From NCBI GenBank assembly GCA_016748015.1, contig JAAOMT010000518.1, forward strand, positions 510,603-550,891: a stretch of DNA of 40,289 nt, written 5' to 3'. A program made the translations under genes and the position numbers. This DNA comes from Geosiphon pyriformis uo1. Lineage: Eukaryota > Fungi > Glomeromycota. Under the pieces are notes generated by a model that worked only from the letters and a program-made list of their open reading frames with translations, searched no databases and had not been told where the DNA came from. Of the stretch, positions 23,201 through 34,399 are shown piece after piece. Positions within the stretch are counted from its first letter, which is position 1. Every line of letters begins with the position of its first letter.

Positions 23201-25996
23201 TTCTAACTCAGCCAAGATTGAAAAAGTCCAAAATATTAAACAACTTATGAATATTTATAAACTATACTCTTTTCTTAGTTTGGCATCTTATTATTAAAAG
23301 TTTGTTAAAAATTTCTCTAAAATCGCCTTTTCTTTTAATTAACTACTCAAAAAAACAGTCAATTATTACTAAAACACACATTAGCAAAAAGTTTTTGAAA
23401 TTATAAAAGAAAAACTAATTACTAAATTAATTTTTATACAACCTAATCTGAATCAATTTTTTTTTTCACTAATACATCTGGCTTTGAACTTCGTATTGTT
23501 CTTTCCCAAAAAAATAAAAATGGCAAAAAGCATGTTATAGTTTATACTAGCTAATTACTTTCTCCAGCAGAACAAAACTATTTAGTTACTGAACAGGAAT
23601 ATTTAGCAATAATATGGACTATTAGTTATTGAGATAAATATTTTCTTGATACCAAATTTTTGGTAGTAACAGATTATTAAGTCTTGGTTTGACTGCATAA
23701 GAAAAAAAAGCTGAAATACAAAAAAATAACTTGCTAAATATTCTACTTAGATGAATTTGACTATAATATACAATATTGTAAAGAAGCTTATTATTAAAAT
23801 GCTAATGCTCTCTCTAAATTTATTATTCAGTAATAATACAACTTTTTCAAACCAAATTAACCTAATTATTAGTAATTTTTTTTTAAAACAAACACAATAA
23901 TAAACTTGAACAACTATTTTGCCTTAATAGAATTTTTGGGTAAAAGACAATACCTATCAGACTATACTTAACAGCAAAGAAAATATTTGCAAAAACAATC
24001 AAATTTTTATTTAATCAGTCAGAACCAATTATATAAAAGAAATAGAAAAGATCCTAACTGCCTTTAAAAAGTTATTAAATTTGAAGAAAAAGAAATTGTA
24101 ATCTATAACATATATACTAATCCATTAGCTAAACACTTTAGAAAGATTAAAACAATTCAAAAAACACTTGTTTGCTATTATTAGCCTATCTTAGAAAAAG
24201 ACATTGCTAAATATATTAAAATCTGTAACATTTGCCAAAAAAAAGAAAAACCCAATTACAAAGAAGATATTCATCCAATCTCTGTTGGTTAACTATTTGA
24301 CAGAATTAATATAAATATTATTGGATTTTTAATCATAACTCTTAATAATAATAGATATATTATTATAGCTATTAACTATTTTACAAAGTAAGTAGAAGCA
24401 AAAGCCATTACAGATTAAACAGCCAATTTTATTTATGAAAATATTATTTATTACTATGGCTGCTCCAAAAAACTTTTATTTGACAGAAAAAAAGCTTTTT
24501 TTAATACACTGGTTAAAGAACTTTATAGAAAAATAAAAATATGTTATAAATTTTTTTTCTTTATTACTTTCAAATAAATAGCCTAGTGAAATGTTTTAAT
24601 AAATACTATGTAAAACCTTAGCCAAAACCAATAAAAAAACAAACTTATAAAACAAAGTACTGCTTTTAATTTTATTTGCTTATAGAACTGTGAATCATAA
24701 CATAACAAATTATGAATTCTTATTTGCTCTATAAATAAATGGCAATACTATTAATAGAAACTAATATTAGAACAATATTCTTTAAAGAAATCACAATAAA
24801 AAATTAGAGACATTTTGCAAAAAAAACTTGGTATTATTCTTGATTTTTTGGTAAAGACATGAATAATTGTCTTTGAAAAAATAAAGCAGTTTTAAAAAAA
24901 ACTTAATAAAAAAAAACTTATAAAACACTTTATTTAAGTGTTGATAACTTGGTTTTAGAATACTGCTTAAACAAAGACAATGTTTATAGTAATAAATTTT
25001 TTAGCTAATAGAAAAAACTCTTTTTAATTAACAAAGTTTTGAACAATAATTCTTATATTTTACAAGATTAATATAAAACAATCTTTAATAATTATTTTGT
25101 TTATGGTATACAACTTAAAAAATAATACAAACAACCTAATTAGTTACTTGTTATGATAATACCAACTTAAATAATCAGCAAAAATTGAATATAAATAAAT
25201 ACACCATTTCTAAAACAGAAGTATCTTCAATCAATATGAACAATTATTTTCTAGATCAAAACATTAAAATACTTTCTATACTTTTTATGAATATTAAATC
25301 AAAAATTATCCAAATGCTACTCTAACCATTGAAAAACAGACTATTATAACTGATAATAATAGAACATATACTGTTATTAAACCAAAAAAAATTACTATTA
25401 AAAGAAAAAAAATTGGTAGCAAAATAGATAAATATATGCTTAAAAGCATAATAGCAAGCATACTATTATTTTTTAATATACTTAGAAAAACAATTAAAAA
25501 AATTTTGCTTATAAACAAAAATTTATTATATGGAAGACAATAAAACTCTATAATTAACTTGGTAAAATCATAAAAAACATAAAGCTTATAAAGAAAACAA
25601 CTTTAAAGATATAAGTAAAAATTTTGGATATTATATAATTAGATGTTTCAAGAGTTTTGATTATTGCTAAAAAAGCCAAAACTCTTATACAAAGATTTAA
25701 TCTCTTAAATATAAAGCTTATTTTACTTTAAGTATTATATATCTTATCCACAAAAGACTTTACCAAATTAGTTAGTTTTGAATTAAATAAAACTTTTTAA
25801 TTAGATTATTTTATAAATAGTTTAATTTTGTCAGAGCTTAATTTCTTTGAAGAAAATAATATTATAGTTGAAATCCATAGTTTTTATTAATTATTATATG
25901 TATTAGCCATTCTATTTTTAGATAATGATTATTAAACTGATTATTAATCTAATTATTGACTTAATTATTGATTTAATTATTAATCTGGTTGTTAAC
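20262..25996 (+). mobile_element. Highly decayed Gypsy element E (gag 3' part, PR, RT, RNase H, IN, ORF3, PPT, start of 3' LTR); no dUTPase seen
   Basis: Knuckle CYYCKLTEHFSKDC (~20370), LILNS (PR), YFCVNY, AGFWQVE, VYLDNII, NANALS, CNICQ and NYFTK. PPT relic GAAGAAAATAA is followed by TATTATAG (=TGTTACAG) at 25860. Confidence 0.85.
22405..23046 (+). mobile_element. Solo LTR (642 bp) inserted in the RT of E
   Basis: Termini TATTATAG...TGTAATA are decayed TGTTACAG...TGTAACA. TSD GTAT is at 22401-22404 and 23047-23050. Removal restores VYLDNIIVYLKT*DKYLEHLQKVF. Its 5' end resembles the E LTR at 25860. Confidence 0.88.
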
Positions 25997-28218
25997 TTAT
26001 CAAATAAACAATTTTTTTATTTGGTTTTGTTAATTTTACAGTCTATTATTAGTTATCAAATACAGTTTAATTTTATATTTAAAAATGTGTGCCAAAAATA
26101 TAATATTATGTTAAAGAAGAAATTTAAATCTAAAACCAATCTGTTAAGAAATTTTCTTAATAAGACTTTATACTATCTATTCTTTTATAGATTAAAAACT
26201 TTTAAATAGTTATAAATAAAAGGCAAGATTGTTTTATTAAGTGTATTTTTTAATGTACTTGAAATTTTTGGTTAATTGTTTAAACATTATTTCTTAAACT
26301 TGTAGATTTTAAAGTGGATTCTAATAAATTTTTTGCAGTATTCTGTTAAATTAAGAGTCAGTTCTATAAATAACTTTTTAGCAGATATTGTAAAAATTTT
26401 TTTGGATAACAAGATCTTTTTAGTCTATAGTCTGCTCAATATATTTTGTGATTCTAAATGGTTTTTAATATCAAAGATTTTGGAAAATTTTTTTATTTTA
26501 GTGTGGTTAATTTTTTAAAATATTTTAATATTGTCTTTAATAATAAATTATTAGATAAGCAAAAGTTAGTTATAAGTTGAAAAACTTTTCATTATTAGAA
26601 AAAATTAAGTTTTAAAAGTCTAATGTTATTGTGATTTAAGAAAACTTCAGTTTACATAAATAGTTATCTTTTTAAATTTAAAGGAACTGTTTTTGTTTCT
26701 AATTGCTTAAATATCTTTTACTTAGATAAATTTTTAAACATTTAAGACTATTTATATGAACTATAAGCAGATATCTTTAATATTTACATGAATAATTCTT
26801 TAAAGTAATTAGATACTATAGAAATTGCTAATAGAACAACAGCTTATTTTTTTGATATTGGAGTGAATATAGACATAAAAGTACATAAATTGTTGTTTTT
26901 TACAATATTAGAACTTTAGGCAATTATTTTAATATTAAAGTGTATTCCTTTATTTTGCTTGGTAATTGTGTATATAGACAGTTAAATAACTTTGAATACA
27001 TGTATTTTAGAACTTGAGCTTTATTTGTTAGACTTTTGAAATAAATATTAAATTAAAAGGTGTTATATAGCTAATTTAATAAAATTTAAAAACATTTTTA
27101 TTAAATAAATAAAGATTAAAAATTATTTAAAAGACATTAATAATGACAGAGCTAATATTTTTGTATATAATACAACATATTTGGCTTTGTTTTTCCTAAA
27201 AAAAGTTATAAAAAATTTATTATGACTAATAGTTGAGTTGTATTAAAGAATATTTATTACTTTGTTTAAGATATTTATTAAGTTATTTGTTGTATTTAGT
27301 GAAAAGCCAGTCTAGATACAAAGGTCATAAATAAATTGATAATTAGAAAAATAAATTAAAATAGTATTGTTGTAATATAACATTCAGATTTTCATATGTT
27401 ATTAAGATTTATAAACAAAACTTTAGCTGTTTTTCATATATATTTGATGAAAATAATCTATAAAAAACTGTTAACTACTATTAAAAAAAAACTTTATAAC
27501 AAAAATTATTTAAATGTGTTATGTTTAATATGTAACAATATTAAATTGCCTAATTATTTCTTCATTTATTTAAAGAAAATTTCTTGGTATTCTGAAATTC
27601 TGCTAAATTATATAGATTTGTGAAAATTATTGGTAAATAATTATGCTCTATTAATGTCTTTGATGCTATATACACTTTTTTCAGAAATTTCAAATGTTAA
27701 TATTTATATAATTTTGTGCAAAAGTTTTATTTTTAAAGATTGAATTAATAAAACAGTTTTAATTTTTGGCAATAAAAAAAAAGACAGTATTGATTATAGT
27801 TAATTTTATTTACTGTTTGGCTAAAAAGCATTAAAGTAAATTATGGTTATTTAGAATAAGGTTTAGAATAAACATGGAAAAAAATAGTCTAGTTAGTAAT
27901 ATTAGAATAATTCTTATGGCTTTAAGTAGTGTGTTAAGTTTTTTGTTAGTAGGAATTATTTATTAGCTTGGTATTGATAAGTTTTTTGCTATTAGTTTTG
28001 GTTTATAAAAGATTTGCTCTCTTTTTTTAAGTGTTAATAATAGTGTAAGAGTTTATATAAGTATATAATATTGTTTTGATTGGCTTAAGTAATTAGTTAT
28101 ATGTAGTAAGCACATAAATTATGTTTGTTAAATTTATTTGGTTTGTTTCTGTATGCTAGATAGTAGTTGAACCATATTTATTAAATAATAATAATAATAA
28201 TAATAATAAAAATAAAAA
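25997..28218 (+). mobile_element. 5'-truncated, heavily decayed LINE copy F (same family as G)
   Basis: Translates to relics of G ORF2 (KQFFYLVLLILQSIISYQIQFNF, SVKLRVSSINNFL, VLCLICNNIKL). It has a homologous 3' UTR and an (AAT)n/A-rich tail at ~28183-28218. Confidence 0.85.
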
Positions 28219-28425
28219 CTCAATTTATTATTTAATTATTAAATAAAAACCTATTATATTAACTAAAAAAAAATTATAAATTTTATTTAATATTTTTTTT
28301 TTTATTGTTTAATGAGTGCAGCCCAACCACTATCTAGTATACAGATACAAGCTAAGTGAATCTAACTAAATGTGGCTTATGCATTTGCTACATGTGACTA
28401 GCCACTGAGGCCAATCTAGGCAACA

Positions 28426-31400
28426 CTACATACCTACGTAAACTTTGACATTATCACAAATACCAGAAAAAAAAAGACTAGCCTTATGCAAACCAAAACT
28501 GACAGCAAATGCCTCATCAATCCCAAGAAGACGAACAACTCCACCAGACAAATGTTTAATAGAATTAGCTGAAAGACCAATGGGAATTTCCAAAGCACAG
28601 ACCAACCCACAACGTTCCATGTCCACTCTAAACTTAGCTCTGGTCAACCACAAACCACACCAGTGTTTTTCTGCCAGACGTCAAACAAAATCAGCCACCA
28701 CCAAAAAAGCCTGATTGCAATCCTTGAAATGTACTGTAGCTTCATCGATCCAATCTCTCAGTACAAAGTCTTTACACAGTTGCATATACGCTCCTAAATC
28801 ATGACAACTAGCAAGCAGAGTACACAACATAAAAGAGGATGCCGGAGAGCAGCCCATCAGCAATGACTTCCACAAAGCAATCCCACCCAACAAAATATCA
28901 GTATGTGCAGCTGCCTCACTTTGACAAGTAAATACATGATCCAACAATTCAACATCACCACACATTAAACAGAGAACCCCAGAATAACATTTATCATACA
29001 ATCTTTTATGAACGGCAACTGGCAACTTCCTATGGACCACTTTCATTAAGTAGGTGTGGAGAACAGTTGAAGCTTGGCTTGTAAAGCCCGATAGCATATA
29101 GGAGTTCAGATGCCAAACTGATGCCATGCACTTCTAATCAACTCTCACAATTAACTCCTCATTGATCACCACAGAGCCAGGGCCAGCCTCCCATTGAGCA
29201 CAACAGATAGACCTATAAATATCCTGAACAAAATGTCGAGCATTGTCTGAAACAACCTGATTATGAGCCATGACATACCTTTCCCGAACACTTATAGGAA
29301 GAGACAAATCAGAATAAGCAGTATGCCCAGCCAAAACATCAGTCTTGTCATTGTGAACATCACCTGAATGGCCCTTCACCTTCACCCACCCAACAGAAAA
29401 GTCCTTATCCTTGATCAACTTGCAAATATAACGCCTCTCTACCCAACACTTGTTCCTGAAATCTGGAGCAATCAAACTCAATTCTGAAACACATGCATCA
29501 ATAGCAGCCTAACTATTAGTATTAATAACAACCGAACACAAAGAAAGAACACATTTTAGTGCCAGAACAATAGCGTAAAGCTCAGCCATAGTAGAAAAAA
29601 GCAACCCACTGACCTCAACACCAATACTCACACCAGCATCAGGAAAATAAGCTGCAGCCCCACCTGCAATCTCTGCAGTGCCCAAATGAGACAGAAAACC
29701 ATCAGTATACACTGCGAAAGCATCAGACTAGGATTCATGTAAACATTCTCAAACAACCAAATATCTTTCCAAATCAGAAAAGCTTGAACCACCAGAGACT
29801 GTGGATAGACTACTAGGAATGAAATGATAACCATTCATGTACGCAGAAACTTTGAAGTACCACAAGGGTACAGGACTCCTGGAACTTAGTCTCTTCCAGT
29901 GGCGAAAAGTCCTCCAACTGAGAACCAATCCATCCTTGCCTAATAACCTGTCACCAAAGACAATACCAAAACACTTTAAAGAGAGGACCACACCAAAATA
30001 AAAGAAGCTACCCAAGATTGTTGACACAAGGAAGTGACCAGCACCACGAAAAGCACAAGGCAAATTGTTGGCCAGGCATATATCTTTGTTCAAAAAAATT
30101 CTAACCACACCAGTGAGAAAATTGTTAGAGGGACTAACTCTTAACTTCACAGAATGTTGCAAAAGATTTAACGGAGCCCACCCTAATATCTGTAGATCTA
30201 AAAAATGGTGTTCAAACAAATGCCCCAGAATACCAGGCGCATTTGAGAACCAAACCAATGAAGCCATCTTTCCTTCAGCCTAGATCTGTTCAAAAGTCTT
30301 CATGCCATAAAGGGAGGGATGATGTAAAGCCTCACTGGGAAAATTTCAGGGCAAATTCACTTTAAATTTGAGACTCTTCCTTAGCATAACATCCCATTTT
30401 AAGCAGACACTCTTAGAAACAAAGCTGAATTGTGTACAATAGCTAACAATGGGTTGCGGAACTGAAGACACCAAGTACACAACTTGTTTGTCTGTCAAAG
30501 CCTTCCTGAGAACCATATTGGAGAAGAACCTGACATCTGACTGAGCTTTGGCTAAACTGGGTTTAGACAACCCATCTGTCAACAAAAAAATGCCCAGATA
30601 TCTATGAGCCTCACCCTGTTTGGGAATAGAGATAGATAGTTCATTAATATGCAGAGACGCAGCTGAAACTCTTTTGTTGATAGGAATTGCCACAGTCTTT
30701 TCACTGTTAATTGCAATATTATTGACCTCAAAAAATTCGCCCACAATATCCAAGATATGTTGTGTCGATGCTTGACCATTACCAATCCAGATAGTATCAT
30801 CCACAAAAGCACCTGCCACCAAGAATGAAGACCAACCACCACTAGACTCAATTCTGCCAGATTTCGCTACAAAGTTGGTATTGATTCTGTAACTATACAA
30901 ATTTTTATGATCCTTAATCTTGCACAACAAAGGGTCATAAAAAATCCTCCACAAGAGAGGAGAGAAGACTTCTCCTTGATCCAAACCATCCAACACATTG
31001 TATCTATCCAAAAGGCCAAAATCAGTCATCACTCTATTAATTCTGCCTACATGTAAGTTCCCGAAAAACAACACAAATTTGTCACACATTTTGATCCACT
31101 TCAAACTGGCCTCCAACTGCCACCAACCAACGGAATCATAGATCTTACACATATCCTGCAACACCAACCAAACCTCTCTATTTTTTTTCAGAGCATCTTC
31201 CACAATTGAATCAACAGCGAAAACTGGAGATTGAATAGACGTACCCTTCAGGACTGAGAAATTGTCACCCCAGAGAACATCAAATCTGGAACAGACCGAA
31301 GAGATATGGTCAGACAATAATTTAGAGAGTATCTTTCTGGCTGTCTCAATTAATGCAATGGGCCTTGTATTCATAAGAATGCCATCCCATTCATATGGTT

Positions 31401-33111
31401 TGGGAATCATAGAAACCCAAGCTCTTTTCCAAAGGACTGGAACCTCACTGGTATTTAGGCAAGAATTTAAGAAACCCAATAAACAGCCAAGTATATCATC
31501 ACCACAATGTTTCCATAGCTCATTAGAGATACTAGACAGGCCAGCCGCTTTGCCATCAGGTAGATCCAAAATCATATTCACCAATTCATTGAAATAGATA
31601 TCATTCATAACATTAGAGAAGGCATTATCTTTCACATAATCCAAAGACGCATATTGGTGGGCCCATCTGGAGGGCATCATTAAAAGTAACATATGCTCTC
31701 TTGTCTAGTTAACCATGATATTGTTGACTCTGCTTTTCACCTCAATTGGATCCAAAACCAATTCATCGCCTATAACTAAGTAGTCCAACACAATCTTACA
31801 AAAAGGCCACTCCAAAACACTCCTAATCATGCCACCCTTGTTAGAACTGAAATTCTCTATGTATTTATTAATAGCACTCCGAATTGCCATATTCCTAGCC
31901 ACTCTGGATTCATAATACTTAGACTTTCTATAACACTTCCTAACCTGAAACAGATGCTTGAACACCTCCACCAAATCAGCTCCATTTTGAACCAAGAAAT
32001 CAAACTTGAAAGCCTCTTTACAATCAACCAAAAACCATCTCTTGATTAAGTGATTACACTTATGCTTATTACCTGTATTCAAACTCTTGACAACCTTAGC
32101 CATCAACAATTCAAGTCCAAGGAACCTCAATGAATGTTTGTTCCTTGAACAGTCAAATTCGCTAAACCAGCGTCTAGAAAATGTAGCATCAGTGGCTCTC
32201 ACCATAACTCCACACAACACATCCCACATCTCATTCAGATTATCAAAAACCTTAGCACTCAAAAAACTACCTATGACCAAAGACAGAGCAGTGGACACAT
32301 TATCCTTAAACTGTAACCATTTGGAAAGATCAGCATTCTTAAAGTCAAATTTCCATCTGTTTTTGTTGGTCTGTTTGTGAATACTGTTTAGCTGAGCATT
32401 AAGAAGACCCTCCAGCCCAATTGAAACTGAAATCATCTTATGATCTGTGTCAAAAAACTCCAAAACTGCACTAATGTCCTGTTTCATCAGAGCAGAAATT
32501 AAGTTTTCACTAACAAAGATATAATCAATAACTTTTTTCACACCTCTGGAGTTGTTTTACATAAATAAACTAGCCAAAGAGTGTCCTTTGAAAGAGTTAA
32601 CAAGACCCAGATCCACATATTTTCTGAGACTAGCACTTTTCTTGGTATCTAATTCATTGAAGTCCCCATCCAAGATGACAAAAGAGCTTGAGTTGATAGC
32701 ACTAGTGATCATGAAGTTGACAGCAAAAGCCTGGCCAAAACACACACTAGCAGATGCACCTGCATAGATACCCAAGATTGTAACTGAAAGTTTGCCCTTA
32801 AACAAAAGCCGAATCAAAATCAACCGACCAGGAATCTCATCAATCTTTGAAACATGTTGAGCCACTGAAAAGTTCATAATAACAGTCACGTCAGCACCAG
32901 AAGAATCTGCATTAAGACCTAACATAAAAATGCGAACACCAGGGAATCTATTCATGATCCATGGCTTAATGCCAGATTTCAACTTTGTCTCTGTAATGAT
33001 AGAAATGTTATTACCAGAATCTACATGCCATCTAACTACATTGTCCTGTTTGGCAAGAATGTTCACACTCCTCACATTACATGTCACAATTCTTCAAACC
33101 AAACTGCTCAT
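28426..33111 (-). pseudogene. LINE ORF2 (endonuclease-RT-RNase H-zinc finger), 1562 codons in one frame with premature stops
   Basis: APE: TCNVR, TETK, GDFN, IDYIF, TDH. RT: NTRPIAL, YDSV, QGEVFSPLL, AFVDD. RNase H: YTDG, TMAEL, VKGHSG..ND. Zinc finger: CLMCGDVELLDHVFTC. Confidence 0.93.
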
Positions 33112-33375
33112 TGAGATAAAAAAGAGACCACAGAATCCAAGCCAGCACACACCTGATCTAACTTCTCCAATACCAAATAAATCGAAGCTTTGAGAGCCAT
33201 CAACTTTGACTTCAAACAGCCCACTTTTGAAGTCAAAATTTTTGAACTACTCGAACCCAAATTAGAGACACCAGAGGAAACTGAAAAAAAAGGAAAAGCC
33301 ATAGGCTTAGGATCATCTAGGACCATATCCGAACCAAATTCCACATTTGCCATAATAGAGATAACTGATGGCTGA
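33108..33375 (-). pseudogene. C-terminal end of LINE ORF1
   Basis: Low-complexity, coiled-coil-like ORF whose TGA overlaps the ORF2 ATG (ATGA at 33108-33111). Confidence 0.65.
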
Positions 33376-34354
33376 TATTACCAGACGAAATTAGAGATAT
33401 TATTTAGCATGAAATTATCTTATAATTCCTATCATTAATTAGCATATATTATCGTTTCAAATTATTACTTATTACATTAGCAAAAATGTCCAAAATTATC
33501 ATTTAATTAATAACCCAAATTGTACACAACACAAATGTAACCTAATTGCAATGATCAATCATGCAATACCCCAAATTATATAACATTCAAAAGTTCACCG
33601 AAATTTGTAGAAATTCGCCGAAATAATTGATAGTTCACCAAAATATCTAATAGTTTGCAGAAATAACTTATAGTTTGCCGAAATGTATCTTTAGTTCAGC
33701 AAAATTGTAGAAAAGAGCAAAGTTTAAGTTCATGGAATAGTGTTACAACAAGTTGTATAAAAGAAGAGCTTTTCTCTTCAAGAAAATATATCTTACTTTA
33801 GATTTATCACTTAGAACCATTTCTACACATACAAAAAAAATAAATATCAAATAATTTAAAAAACCAAATTCTTTAATTATTGCACTTAGAAAATCCTTAA
33901 AACCCAACTAACATTTTGAAATTGATTAGCTACCAATTTCAGTAAACTGTTAGTGACTCCAGGCCTGAATAAAAAATGTTCCCTTGATAAAAACCTATTT
34001 CTTTTACATTTCTTTTATTTTTATTTTTCTTTTCTTATTACAATCATTAGAGTAGCCTACAGACAAGATTCCTGTAGAAGAGTTGACTTTCACAGCAAAG
34101 TAACTACACATTTTTAGTGAGCTTCCAGACAAGCAATTCCTGGGAAAGAGTTGACATTTACTACAACGTAACTATATAAAGTAACTGGCACGAAATTGGC
34201 CATTCCACTTATAAGCCCAGCAGTTCAAATTATAGAAGATAATTTGAAGAGAAAATTCAGTTACTGGAGGTTCAACCACATCCAGAAAACGTAAATTCAC
34301 AGCAAACAAGCATTGACAACATTTAAGAAAAGAGACCAAAAACCTCCAGTAACA
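33376..34354 (+). repeat. 5' LTR of C (979 bp)
   Basis: TATTACCAG (decayed TG)...CAGTAACA. It has ~20-bp tandem units at 33590-33710, TATAAAAG at 33756-33763 and a ~65-bp direct repeat at 34061-34180. Confidence 0.9.
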
Positions 34355-34356
34355 TT

Positions 34357-34372
34357 TGGTGCTCTTCCACGG
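34357..34372 (+). promoter_or_regulatory. Primer binding site of C
   Basis: TGGTGCTCTTCCACGG lies 2 nt after the LTR end. Confidence 0.82.
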
Positions 34373-34399
34373 AAACAACACAGCAAAAACAACTTCAAA

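Larger units (their letters stand above)
28293..33375 (-). mobile_element. Non-LTR retrotransposon (LINE) G with APE, RT, RNase H and C-terminal CCHC; ORF1 interrupted by C
   Basis: Poly(A) tail at 28293-28303, 3' UTR, complete ORF2 domain set and the end of ORF1. Confidence 0.95.

Noticed and set aside
28219-28292. AT-rich spacer between the LINE tails as a TSD or continuation of the E LTR
   Set aside because: Too decayed and low-complexity to assign.
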